A stretch of 64,000 nucleotides of DNA, taken from Carcharhinus amblyrhynchos (taxonomy: Eukaryota). Made by a program: the position numbers and the translations under genes. Below, in pieces: positions 12,911-25,800 of this stretch. The stretch's first letter is position 1. Each line of letters starts with the position of its first letter. The notes beneath the pieces were generated by a model that saw only the letters and a list, made by a program, of their open reading frames with translations, ran no database searches and had not been told where the DNA came from. The stretch covers positions 84,444,001 to 84,508,000 of the forward strand of contig OZ336879.1 of the NCBI GenBank assembly GCA_965287045.1, given 5' to 3'.

Positions 12911-14017
12911 AAATGTATTTATTTATAGAAAGGCACAATCCAGGCATGCAATCACTGTTTCTGTCTGTTCCTTTTCACAGAGGCACAAGTTAATTCCCAC
13001 AGCCTATAACTAATGTACAATGAACATGCTGGAGATTGACAATTTTCAACACACAACCACAACTTCTCTTCCAGCAAGCATGTGTGAGAAGATAACAATT
13101 TCAATTTGAGCAATGACATCTCCATCAAATAAGCAAGCTGACATCAGTGAGGAGAGGGTTGTACAATATTAAAAAGAACTGCAAGCAAAGTATTGAACCA
13201 AGATGAACTCAATGGTGTGGAATGTCAGTATCACTGAGTTTCCAGCAGGAAACCACGCTGCCTGGTTAATTTTTCACCCACTCGATGTGAAGTCCATGAA
13301 ATGATTTTAACGATTAAGCCTCGTTAAAATCCCACTGGCTGACCTCCCACCCAGAACGGGTGGAAAATGGTGGAAGTGATAGTTAATCACCGACAGCAGG
13401 ACTGTGGCAGGATCAACAGGATCACTGCAAGGAACCAAGATGAAGAGAACATCTCAGCAGGCCATTTTTAAAAATTTGATCATTGGACGTGAGCAATGCT
13501 GGACAAGGCCAGAATTCCTTTCCCATCCCTTTCTGTACTTCAGAAATCGGTGAAGAGTGACCTTCTTAAACCATTTCAAGAGGCAGGGACAACCACAGTG
13601 CTGCTCGGAAGGGAGTTCCAGGTTGTAGACCCAGTGACAGTGAAGAATTGGCAATATAATTGCAAGTCAGGATGGTGTTATCACCCCTCGGGTAGGTGTT
13701 TGGTAAGGCCGTGATGTCTATGCAAATTATCCACAATACGTTCATGGATGGCAAGGACATTGATCAGAAGGGAATGGACATTCTGGTTGGAGATGAGTAG
13801 ATGAGTGGTCAGAGCTGAGCAGCTGACAGAGTCCAAAGAGTAGGTGATGGGAGGAGAATGTTAGGTGGGATGGAAATTGGCTAAAGGTAGCCCCTGTGCT
13901 GGACGGGTATGTCGATGCTAGACTGGGACACCACGATTAGCATTGCTGTTTGTAATGAGGCTTCAGTGAGGTTTTTGACAAGGTCCCACACAGGAGACTA
14001 ATCAAGAAGGTAAGAGC
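12911..14017 (+). repeat. Left arm (high-identity part) of a long inverted duplication
   Basis: Reverse complement of 27272-28356. Near-identical ORF translations at 13496-13714(+) and 27554-27772(-). Confidence 0.97.
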
Positions 14018-14612
14018 CCCTGGAATCCAGGACAATTTGGCAAATTGAATCCAAAATTAGCTTAGTGGCAAGATGAAAAGAGTTGTTGTTAAAGGTTGTT
14101 GTTGTGACTGGAAGCATATGTCCAGTGGTGTACCACAGGAATCAGTGCTGTTTCCCTTGCTTCTTGTAGTGTACATTAATGATCTAGGCAGGGATATGAT
14201 GGTATGATCACTAAATTGACAGATGACACAAAAATTGGTGGTCTGGTAAATAGCAACGAGCAAAATCTAAGATTACAGGATGATATATATGGGCTGGTCA
14301 GATGGGTAGATCTGTGGCAAATGGAGTTTAAGCCTGAAAAGTGTGAGGTGATGAATTTTGGGCAGACTAACAAGGCGAGAGAATACACAACGTTGGGAAG
14401 GATGCAGGATGTTGGGAAGTACAGAGGGCCAGAAGTACCCCTGGCTGTGCATCCTGATGGCAACCTGAAGGCAGCAGGACAGGAAGATTAGGTGGTTATG
14501 ATATGAATGCTTGCCTTTATTAGCTGAGGCATTGACTATACGAGCAGGAAGGTTATGATGGAGCTGTATAAAATGCTTGTTAGGCCACAGCTAGAGTACT
14601 GTATGCAGTTCT
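13970..14612 (+). mobile_element. CR1 LINE RT fragment (decayed)
   Basis: FDKVPH-like start, KLTDDTKIGG, WQMEFKPEKCEVM and LEYCMQF motifs. Confidence 0.88.
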
Positions 14613-14721
14613 ATTGTACAAGAAAGGGTGCTTCCAGCAATCCATTAAAGAACTAACTTTGGTGATTATTACTGGCCTTGGTTTCTACAACAAGAACCTC
14701 AGTGAGTGCCAGTCTCATGGG

Positions 14722-15460
14722 TGTTATGGTTTAGGTCAGAAACTCCAAAGTGTTTTATGAAGCTTGTCTGAACCTCAAATTTTGCATCTTGAATTTGCCT
14801 AGGATAAGTACGAGATGTTTCACTTCAGGTGTGATTTAAAAGACCCATTAGGGAGCTTTAATCAAACAAAGTTTATTTAAGAATATAGTTAACATATATA
14901 GTTAGAAAATTAGCAAGAACTTTCCTCAATTACAAACAAAAAATGAAACAACCACTCTAATGCATAACCCTTAACGAATATATTAAGGGTTATACACAAG
15001 TTGTCCTAATCAAATCAACCTCCATAGAGAAAGGACCCTTTTCATGGGTTTAACACAGCACAGACTAATGCTCACATGATACTGGGATCGAGGCTGTTAT
15101 TTGAATTCTGCAGTCAAATGTTCTTGAGAGTTTGAAGACAAGACAGCTTCCCAAAACCCCAAGGCATAGACTATTCATTGCAGCCACCAAAACACAGACT
15201 CTTTACTGCAAGATGGCGAATAAACTGTGCTTTTAGCTAACTGATAAAACCTCCAGAGAGAGAGACTTCTTTCAACTATAATTCTAACATTGTAGCCAAA
15301 ACGAAACTAAAACTAACCCTTGTCACCTGACGAGTACACAGTTTTTTTGTTCCTGCCTACAATGACATCACCTAAGTCTGTGAACTGAGAAAGACTGACT
15401 GGGAGAGCCGCAGAGATCATGATTTAAAAAAAAATCTCTTAAAGGGACAGCAACATCACA
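14722..15460 (-). mobile_element. Solo LTR (739 bp)
   Basis: TG...CA termini with near-inverted ends (TGTTATG/CATCACA) and a 4-bp TSD TGGG (14718-14721, 15461-15464). Minus-strand AATAAA near 14872 suggests the orientation. Confidence 0.75.
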
Positions 15461-17415
15461 TGGGAGAGAAGTGGATGAATGACCAGTACGGGGAGCATTG
15501 GAGAAATTAATTCTAGAGCTGGCAAAGGCACGAGTAAGAATTTCTGTCATGATGTAACTGATATAATTACCTTGGGGATAAGGTTTGAAAACCAGCTCTG
15601 ACTGAACAGAACACCAAGGTTTTGAGCAAGTTGACTGGAGATAAAATTGCTGGCAAAGGGACAGAATTTACAGCGGAGTAAGAAACAATGGCTTCCTGTT
15701 GGGCACAACTTTGACAACTTAATGTAAGACAGGTTGTCACTGAACTCTCAAGTATTTAATATGAGAACTGTTCGTATCAACAGGAAGAGGCACAGAGCAG
15801 ATTTGGAAAGGGAAGGCCTTGTGACTGCAGAATCTCCTCACCAAAACCATCTCTGCCGAATCAGAAAATCTGCTTTGCATGTTATTTGACCCATTCTGAA
15901 AATGAAATAAATAACTAGAGATGCTATGAGTAAAACCAATAGTGAGCCTAATTATAGTGCCCATTTATCCATAAGTAATGGTGTTATTATAGTATCTGTT
16001 TCACCAACACTCCTGTCAGCGTCAAGTGACTAAAGATTATGAACTGTACTTCTTTTCGTGAATATGTACAATCTGTTCAACTGAAAGGGTGATAATATTT
16101 AAAGAAAAGCACAAAAGAATGCTTTACGCAGAACAGTCTGAAATGAATAATTAGAAAGCAAAACGTAATGTAAGACGGAGCACCCTTTTCTTTTCATCGC
16201 CTCGGTTTAACAAGAAAGCCAGATGCGGTTGTTTAATCCCTGAGTGGAGTCCATGGGTTCTTGTTTAATGACAAAGATCTGACTGTGGGTTTTGGACAGC
16301 CTGACTGAGTTTCTCAGATGTGCCAGGTCTCTTCAGTTCGAGTAAACAGAAACATATTCTTTGTGTACCTAACCTTTCAGTCCAAAGTCTCCCAAACGAC
16401 TGCTCAGTGTCAAGTTTCTCCCATCCCACTTTCTTATGTTACATCTGAAGTGGGTTTCTATTTGGAAAGAAACCAGATATGTGGGGAGAACAGAACAAAC
16501 AAACTGAAATAATGCTCACAATTAAAATATTCCACATAAGGCTTCCTTGTTTTTTTTTAATAAATAGACGTTCAGTGACTTGTGATAAAGCTGGAATGTT
16601 GATTGGTAGTAATTAAAACTCTTTGGCTGCTTTGGACTCAGAAAGGTTGAACAAGCGGAAACAGAGGAATGATGCCTCAACCGCGCCTGCCAGATGGCCT
16701 GAATTTTAATTTCTCAGAAATCGGGCCATAATTGTTTCCATATGAGGTCATGGAAATATGTGAACAGCAGAAAAATCAGGAGGGTTCAAAGGTCCACAAA
16801 AATAATGCTTGCCGGGCCTAACATCACAGACTCATGTTGACTTTCAGTTTTAGGAGCTCACAGCAGGACCCCTGGATCTACCTCCACCATCTCTACATTT
16901 TATGGCTTTTTACACTTCAGGGAAAAATGCCTGTGTTTTTAACCTTCAGATCAATAAGGTTCTGCATCAGTCCAGAAAATAAATCTCATTGCTGTGTTCT
17001 ATGCTGGTGGTCACAGATTCTGTTGCAGCAGAGGAAATGACTGGATGAATCCTTGCACCATTGTTTGGGGAATTAAGGCTTTAATGTGAACCGCAATAAA
17101 CGTTTCTACCTTTTCTTCCATTAAAAACAACATTAATTTCAACTTGAAAAGAAATCAATTCTCAATGAATTGATACTTCTCGGAACATGCTCAGGGGACT
17201 GTATTGAGGTCTACAGACCATAAAGATCCCAGGAGTTGCTAAATTTGGTTAACATTGGCCAATAACCTGGCAGAAGGTGATATGACTTCCCTCAGTGCCC
17301 CTATACATGGAATTGGCCAACTGGGCAAGATCTTGCTTCTGATTGCTATCGAATAACCGTGATGAGCAATTCATTATCAGGTCAGGATAGGGAATCTCAG
17401 TTTTAGTTGTAGTTG

Positions 17416-17732
17416 ATAGAATCATAGAATCCCTTCAGTGCAGAATAAGGCTATTTGGCCCATCAAGCCTGCACCAACAACAGTCCCACCTAGGGCCTAT
17501 CCCTGTAATCTCACGTATTTCCCCTGCTAATCCCCTTGACACTAAGGAGCAATTTAGCATGGCCAATCAACCTAACCTGCACATCTTTGGACTGTGGAAG
17601 GAAACTGGAGCACCTGGAGGAAATCCACGCAGATACAAGGAGAATATGCAAACTCCACACAGTCACCTTAGGACAGAATTGAACCTGGGTCCCTGGCGCT
17701 ATGAGGCAGCAATGCTAGCCACTATGCCATGA
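17416..17732 (-). mobile_element. HE1-type SINE (CR1-like ATTCTATG tail)
   Basis: catagaatcatagaatc tail plus HE1 body. Confidence 0.88.
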
Positions 17733-17797
17733 TGGAAATGAATATTGGGCAGAGTATAAAGCAGACCTTTGATTCGAATTGAGTATTATCGTGAGGA

Positions 17798-19227
17798 TAC
17801 TTGGATTTATTTACATAGTCAGCAGCACTTTAACATATATTTCCTCAAACACAGTGTAAACCTGGAGTGCCAGTAACCCTGACAATCCACATTGTATACA
17901 CAGACATGGCTCCATGATTGGACAAGCCATTATTGCCTTAATCAGGGAGCCCATATTATGAAGGGTACATTCCTTGCTGAATCCAAGGTTGACACATTTG
18001 AAATTTCTCTCTTTGCTCTAGCTCTTCTTGTTTCCTAGATAGCTGACGTATAGAAATTTTACGATGGCTATCATCTTTCACTGTCTCTGACAGCCAGTCT
18101 TACATAACTCAAATTTGAACTTTACTTTTAAGTTTAGTGAAATATTCATTGCCTATTTTGCTTCTTCTCTGCAGTTTACTTGCTCTGGAACGCTTTTAAA
18201 TCCAAAATGTACACCCTTTCAAGTTTGAACACTCAGTTGTGCCACATACTCATAAAACTATGATGCCAAAACTGACACGTTACAAAGTTTCGGATACACT
18301 GGTATTCTTTTTAGGACTGCGAAACCACAAACTCTGCAGGATTTATTTCATTTGCTGGTTGCTCTAGACTTCGTTGTGCATGTAAATCAAGGAGAATGTG
18401 ATAATGTCAGATGAAAAATGAGCTATTCCATTGGGTTGGTGTGAAGGTGCACTTTCATAGACTTCATTAATGAGCACAAAGCTATTTATTAATAAGAATT
18501 TATTCTTATTCTCACTCATTCTTACAGCTTCATGGCTGTAGTTAGCTCCCAAAATGTTTCTTTGGCTGGGAGCCTCTATTACCACGGAGTGATTCCACAT
18601 TCTGAGTCTTGACTGGTCACCCAGTCATTTGATGCTTACTCTGCTGTGTTGCCCTTAAAGGGACAATCACCACACTTGGGCTAGAAATGTACGGGCGTAT
18701 TGTAACTTATGGTGTGATGACTTATCTCGCTAGTTCATGATCCGGACTTGTGCCATCTGTGTCAGGCACGAAGAGCTCGGAATCATTTTGAGGTTTGGCA
18801 TCATTTAAATAGAACAATCAAGCTGCTGTCTTCATTGGGAACACCAAGGTAGCTTGCAATATCAGGTGGGTTATGTACTGTCTGTCTGCCAGCAAAATAA
18901 ATCCCAAGAGCTTTGGCTGGGGGGGGGGGGGGGCAGTGGGGGGAAGCAGGATGGGTTGCAATCGTTGGAGGATTGAGTGGGGTAGTAGATGAAATGACTT
19001 AAACAAGGCCCACAATATGGACCTCTTAGAATATGAGCCCCCTAATTAAGGTATTAATGGCCTGTCCAATCAGGGAGCCCTGCCTGTGTATACAATGTGG
19101 AGTGTCATGGTTACTGGCACTCCAGGTTTACACTGTGTTTGAGGAAGTACTTGTTTGTGTACTATACCCACTATGTACATAAATCCAAGTTTGGTGAAGG
19201 GAGATTGGCCTCAGAGGAATTATTTCA
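17798..19227. repeat. Inverted pair of LTR-like fragments (17798-17970 and 19015-19227)
   Basis: ttcctcaaacacagtgtaaacctggagtgccagtaacc at ~17840 is the reverse complement of ~19110-19146. The homology extends ~170 bp. Confidence 0.85.
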
Positions 19228-19350
19228 GTTGGGAAGTTTCATGTAACAGCAAACCAGACTATATTTGGGGGATTTAGAGGTACACTCTTGCAGGCAATGC
19301 TGCCAAAAATTTATTGCACTGCATTATCTCTTGAAGATTACTGTGCAGCC

Positions 19351-19392
19351 CACACATACACACACATGCACACACACACACACACACACACA
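19351..19392 (+). repeat. (CA)n microsatellite
   Basis: Interrupted CA run. Confidence 0.9.
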
Positions 19393-19671
19393 TAATTACA
19401 CCTAAATGGGAACATTATTTGACCATTGGAGTTTTTTTTTCATTTATAGGATGTGGGTGCCACAGACTGGGCCAGCAATGTCTGGAAGGACATTATTGAA
19501 CCTGATGGGTTTTTATGACATAGGCGAAGGTTGCATAGTCATCACTAGACTTTTAATTCAAAATTTTCAAAATTTCCCCACCTGCCGTGATTCAGACCCG
19601 AGTCCCTAGATTATTAGTCCAGTGAAAATGCCACCATGTCACTGACTCCCCTGTGGAATCTGGACCACAGT

Positions 19672-19935
19672 TAAAGTTTAGTTATTAGTCACAAGTAAGG
19701 CTTACATTAACACTGCAATGATGTTACTGTAAAACTCACCCAGTCGCCACAGTCTGGCACTTGTTTGGGTCAATGCATCTAACCAGCATGTCTTTCAGGA
19801 TGTGGGAGGAAACCGGAGCACCCGGAGGGCAGATATGGGGAGAATGTGCCAACTCCACGGTGACCCAAGCCAGGAATCAAACCTAAGTCGCTGGTGCTGT
19901 GAGGCAGCAGTGCTAATCACAGTGCCACCGTGCCT
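19672..19935 (-). mobile_element. HE1-type SINE (alternative tail)
   Basis: HE1 head ggcacggtggcac on the minus strand. Confidence 0.85.
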
Positions 19936-20182
19936 CCCTATGCTACTGTGCTGCCCTGTCCAGATTGCCATGCAGCTGCGCACACACCGTAAGCTGCTGA
20001 ACCAATGTAATGCCATCAACTTGTAATGTTAAAATTGTTTCTTTCTCCACATGCTGCCTGGCCAGCAGAGTAATTCCAGCACTTTCTGATTTTATTTCCA
20101 ATTTCCAGTACATGGAGTAAGTTCCTTTTGAATGAGGATTCCTGCCTCACAGCTGATTGTGTCATCAATATGCAAGGCTAGA

Positions 20183-21750
20183 GACCGCGATTTTCCCATC
20201 CTGCTGTGCTAATGTTTTAGCGCAGCAGGCTGGGAGATTCTTTCGTCGGCCATTCCACAGGGTTTGTGCAGGCGTTCCTGTTGTGACAGCGTCTCCCAGC
20301 GCTGGATTTCCACCAGAGTCAGCTCCGTGCTGGAAATCAGCAGAAAGGCATGGAAATCATTGAAGTAGTTATTTGCAGTGGTGTAGCTAGAGGGGGAGCA
20401 GGGGGAGTGATCGCTCCCCCGAGCACATTCTTCAAAAGTGGTGTCTTTTCAACGGGGTGTTCCTCGCGGGCCCCTCAGATCTCTTCCCAAGATCAGAAGT
20501 CCTCGATCCGTGAAATGCAATCGCGGGATGCGATACGGATGTGGGTACTTCAGGCAGCGAGGAAGGCATGCAATCTGCAGAGAGGGCATGCACTCATGAG
20601 GATAATTGCAGAGGCTGCGAAGGACATAAATATGCAGCCACTGCAACGAGTGGGCAGTCGAGGCCAAGCATCCCTTGCTGATGGACATCACCAGCCGAGA
20701 TTGGGTGAGTGAATAGATTTGGTGATTATCCTAAGCTGGCCACATTGTACCACATTTTTCTGACCTTATCAATAACTAGCGCAGTTGCGGAACGATCCTT
20801 TAGCTGGCTGAAACACATAAAGTCCTACCTTCATTCTACAATGGATGAAGATAGATTGTCTGGGTTAGCTTTGGTCTCCATTAAAAGACAGTTGGCTACT
20901 GAGGTAGATTATAATAAAGTAATAGATAACTTTGCTGGAATGAAGCTTAGACGAAAGAGGCTGTTGTAGTTGCTTCATACTTTTTTATATTGCTTCGTTT
21001 TGTTTTCATTTTACATTTAAAATGTAAAATAATTAAATAGCACACGTGTTTTTATTATGTTTTGATTTTAAATACAAAATAAAAATGTGTAATGAATTTA
21101 AAATTATTTGGTACGCGTTTGTGGCACCTTTTTTTATGTGCTCACTTCCCCCCAACGTTAGAACCTGGCTACGCCCCTGGTTATTTGAATGTCATTTAAC
21201 TAAGATTAGCAGGCCCGGGGCTGAAATCTCTGGGCCGGCAATCTCGTTCCCCACCGCCAGAAGGTTCATTCTAGCGGGGATTATAGTAGCTCCCCACTTT
21301 CAGGGAACTAATCAGGGCTACAGGGGAGTGGGCACGGCGGAGTGGGGGGGAGGGCAGTTGGTGCTCTACGGGGGGGCAGGGCGGGTGATCGAGGCAGAGT
21401 GGAGGGAGGGGTTTGGGACTGGCCCGGGAATGGTTGGAGGACCAGCAATCACGCCGTGGGGGGAGGCAGATGGCTGGCATTGCGAAGATCGCTGGGTTGG
21501 CCAGTGATCGAGCTGGTTGGCAATTGGCAGGCTGGCAATCTTGACACTGACAGATTGGCACATGCGCAGCGCTATGCTGCCGGCCTCTTGGCCCACAGCT
21601 TTATAATGATATACATGCCCGTCATTTCTGCAGTGCACAGAATGTGGGAGAGTCTTCTTCGAACTCCCACACAAAAAAACCAACATGAATTACTCCAGGT
21701 TTCATGCGAATTTGACACTGAGAATTTTTTTGGGGGGAGAATCTCAGCCT
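20183..21750. mobile_element. GC-rich MITE-like element interrupted by the hAT insertion
   Basis: Ends GACCGCGATTTTCCC / GGAGAATCTCAGCC resemble other GGGCNNGATT...AATCNNGCCC termini in the window. Confidence 0.5.
20376..21179 (+). mobile_element. hAT DNA transposon (Tip100-like) internal-deletion derivative retaining the C-terminal dimerisation domain
   Basis: Imperfect ~15-bp TIRs (CAGTGGTGTAGCTAG / CTGGCTACGCCCCTG) and an exact 8-bp TSD GTTATTTG (20368-20375, 21180-21187). ORF 20709-20969 contains TSAVAERSFSWLKHIKSYLHSTMDEDRLSGLAL. Confidence 0.92.
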
Positions 21751-22697
21751 ATCTTTCTGCTGAGGCTCCCAGCTCCTTACCCCACTGTGTATGGCTTTCA
21801 TTTATATATTTTGCCTTTCTGAAAACTCCTTGCCGTGAAGCAGCATCTCATCCAGATAATGTGTTGAGGCATTTTGCACATTTGTAGCTTAAACAGGTAA
21901 CATAACAATTGAGATCTGCAGTGGAGTCATGAAGCCTTCACCATCCAAGTCACAGAGTAGGCCCACAAAGTTTAATAACTCCAGAAAAGATTTTTTTTTG
22001 TTGGACAAAATCAAATGAAATAACTTAAAAGTCAGGGAAAATATTCAGAGCTTTCAACGTTTAATATGAATTCAACCAGCAGCATCTGTCACAGTTTGAG
22101 AGTCAGTGTGCTGACTCACTTTTTCCAGAGCAGGTTTTTTTTTATTCAGTTGATTAACCTCAACATTAGTCACACAGATAGGATTCGAGCTTTGAGTTTC
22201 TATTTTCAAATTAAACAAATTCAAATCTCATTAGCTGTTATCTGCTTGCCAGAATACCAAGGGGCTTTTCTTTTCGGCTCCAAAATTTATGTTGACTGTT
22301 CAGTCAGAAATGGAAACACTTGCATCAATAAGGAGAATGGCCAAAATCTATGGACAGGCAGGTTGCATTTTGTTACTAACTCCCCGTCTCCTTCGGTGTG
22401 GATTATCACTGTACTTATAAGCCAGCTTTGTTTTGGCTACAGTTCAATATTTACTAATGCATCGCAAATCATTCGGAACCACATCAGAAGCACTTCTACA
22501 ATGGTTACTTTGTATTAGCTACATGGAATCCTTTGAGTAAACTGCAGAAGGCTTGCTAATGTCTTGAAAATGTACCACACTCAGCAACAATGTGATAATG
22601 GCAGCTTTTCTGTTTGAAGGTTGGCACAATGTCCTATGTTAGTACACACAAGAGTTCTCATTTAAGAGTTTAATTTCTAACAAGTGCAGAAGGTACA

Positions 22698-23232
22698 GTT
22701 TAAGTTTATTTATTAGTGTCACAAGTAGGTTTGCATCAACATTGCAATGAAATTACTGTGAAAATCCCCTAGTCGCCACAGTCTAGTACCTGTTTGGATA
22801 TACTGGGGGAGAATTTTGCCTGGCCAATGCATCTAACCAACACGCCTGACAAGTTTTTTACACAGAGGGTGGTGGGTGCCTGCAACTCACTGCCAGGGTA
22901 AATAGTGGAAGCAGGTATGATAGTGACTTTGAAAGGGCATCTTGACAAAATGCATGACTAGGATGGGAATAGAGGGATATGACCCCTGGAAGAGTACGGG
23001 GTTTTAGCCCAGTCGGGCAGCATGGTCAGTGCAGGCTTGGAGGGCCAAAGGGCCTGTTCCTGTGCTGTAATTTTCTTTCTTCTTTGTATTTCAGACTGTG
23101 GGAGGAAACAGGAAGACTCAGAGGAAACTCCCGCAAACACAAGAAGAACGTGCAAACTCTGCACAGACGGTGACCCAAGCCGGGAATCAAACCTGGCTCT
23201 GTGAGGCAGCAGTGCTAACCACTGTACCACAG
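22698..23232 (-). mobile_element. HE1-type SINE (alternative tail) split by a CR1 tail
   Basis: Tail at 22698-22845, head at 23090-23232. Confidence 0.82.
22846..23090 (+). mobile_element. CR1 3' tail inserted inside an HE1 SINE
   Basis: FFTQRVVGA-type coding end and CR1 3' UTR (ggcctgttcctgtgctgta). Confidence 0.8.
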
Positions 23233-24487
23233 GACAAAACTGCATCTAGATTCAGATGTATTTCTAATTTACTTAATCTTAATTGTTCTTCTTAAATCTT
23301 GTTTCCTCTTTTATTGATTTCATTTCTATCCTTCTTCCTTTCCTATGAGTAATTCTCAGGCTGTGGTTTTATTCCAAACAGCATCCACCAGTACAAAGCA
23401 ACACATTGATCAGGCGCTTCAGCTGGGGCCGATTCTGCCCAGGACATTACTGCTCACACAGTTCCAGTGGGAACCACGGCTCTTCCTTGCCTAGGCCCAG
23501 AGACACTCAAACCAATTCTTGAGTATTTAGTTGGTGAAGATAGGGTCAGTCAGTACACAACACTGGGGCTCAAGATTGGGACCTTTGTGTGGATCACAAA
23601 GGTCAGATCACATGATGGTCCATCCATTGAAGCATCCGAAGTCAATACTTTCAGCAACTCTCAAAATTTTGTGCGTTTCGCAAGTTAAAAAAAGTTAGAA
23701 CACAAGAAAGTAAGAAACAGTAAAACTGTTTGAATCTTCAAGTTCATTTATTCTTAGAATCAATTTTCACTAACACACATTCCAGGTGATCTGGAAGAAC
23801 CACAGGGATAGTTTTGGAGTCAAAAGGTGGAATTTTCCCCTCCCGCCTGCCAGTTCACTTAGAAATGCACTTTCAAAACAGAAACTGCCCACCTTTTAAC
23901 CCAATGTTCACCAAACATTTCCACAGCTTTAGATTTACATAACCCCACCCTTATCTCCACTGTTGATACCTTAGTTTCCAATAAATTGATTACCTTCTAT
24001 AAACTTGGCATTTTTCCATGCTATGGCTCTCATCTCTGATCCCTTCAGACCAAGAGGCGCAGATCTGAAAGTTTATGGCTAATGATTGGTTTAGCCAACT
24101 ACTGCCAGATCCACATAAAACACTGTTGGATCCTTCTGCGGTCTGTTAAAGCTGCTCCCTATTCCAGGATCATCCGAGAATGAAGATAACCCAGGGCTTC
24201 TTTTCTCCACTACAAACCATTTTTATTAACTCTTCCCCCCGTCTCCTCCATGTGATCCTTAAGCAATAAGTGTAAGGAGCCCATGGATCTCTTTGTCATT
24301 GAGATTAAGATCCAATCACCTGGCTCTATCAGATCATTCAATTTCACTAGCACACCAGGCCAAACTTCCTCTGAAGTTCACCATTGTCCTAGCCCTGAAA
24401 TTTCTTCTCCTTTCTCCTCTCCCTGATATCAACTATCCTGAGATCCATCTCCTGTTCTCTCTCAATCCTTTTCCCACTAAACTGCAA

Positions 24488-25800
24488 CTCAATTTGATTG
24501 CGTTTTTTGAAGGGATAACCAAGAAGGTAGATGAGGGCAGTGCAGATGATGTTGGCCATGGACTTTAGCCTTTGACAAGGTACCGCATGGTAAATTGTTG
24601 CATTTGGTTAAATCTCACGGAATCCAGGGTGAGGTAGCCAAATGGAAGCAAAATTGGCTTGATGACAGAAGACAGAGAGTGTTTTTCCAGCTGGGAGCCT
24701 GTGATCAGCAATGTGGTAAGAAGTCTCACAACACTGGGTTAGAGTCCAACCAGTTTATTTGACAGTAATCCCACAAGCTTTCGGAAATGGTGTTCCTCCG
24801 TCAGGTATGTGGAAGGTTCTGATTAGAGAAGGGCGTATAAAGACACATGACCAGCAATGTGCCTCGGGGATTGGTGCTGGGTCCACTATTATTTGTCATT
24901 TATATTAATAATTTGGATGAGAATATAGGAGGCATGGTTAGCAAATTTGCAGATGACACCAAGATTTGTGGCATAGTGAACTGTGAAGAAGGCTATCTAG
25001 GATTGCAACAAGATCTTGATCAATTGGGCCAGTGGGCTGATGAATCTTAATTTGGATAAATGCAAGATGATGCATTTTAGTAGATTGAACCAGGTCTGGA
25101 TTTATTCAGTTAATGGTAGGGTGTTGGGCAGAGCTATAGAACAAAGAAATGTGGGGGTACACGTTCATATCTTCTTGAAAGTGGAGTCACAGGTGGACAG
25201 AGTGGTGAAGGAGACATTCAGCATTCATGGTTTCATCAGTCAGGGCATTGAATACAGGAGTTGGAACATCTTGTTGAAGTTGTACAAGACATTGGTAAGG
25301 CCACACTGTTCTATGTACAGTTCTGGTCACCCTATTACAGAAAGGATATTATTAAACTAGAAAGAGTGCAGAAGGGATTTGCTAGGATGCTACCAGAACT
25401 TGATGGTTTGAGTTATAAAGAGAGGCTGGATAGACTGGGACATTTTTCTCTGGAGGGTAGGAGGCTGAAGGGTGATCTTATAGAGGTCTATGAAATAATG
25501 GGGGGCACAGTCAACGTCTTTCCCTAAGACAGGAGAGTCTAAAAGTAGAGGACATAAGTTTAAGTTGAGAGGGGACAGATACAGTGTACAGAGGGACATT
25601 TTTTTCACACGGTGGTGAGTGTCTGGAACAAGCTGCCAGAGGTAGTAATAGGGACGGGTACAATTGTGTCTTTTAAAAAACATTTAGACAGTTACGTGGG
25701 TATGGTGAGTATAGAGAGATCTGGAGCAAACGTGGTCAGAAAGGGTGGCATGGCCAAGTTGGGCTGAAGGAGCTGTTTCCATTCTGTAAATCTCTATGAC
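24488..25800 (+). mobile_element. CR1 LINE 3' portion (decayed), inserted in an L2 relic and itself interrupted at 24716-24847
   Basis: [32 protein letters not shown] and GDLIEVY motifs in several frames. Confidence 0.9.
24716..24847 (-). mobile_element. Penelope pLTR micro-insertion (132 bp) with degenerate hammerhead core
   Basis: Flanked by TGAYCAGCAATGTG (24702-24715, 24848-24861) and homologous to 60137-60279. Confidence 0.75.

Noticed and set aside
12960-13010. Splice acceptor (ttccttttcacAG) and a short terminal exon duplicated in both arms
   Set aside because: Only ~9 codons before a stop, with no partner exons or recognisable protein.
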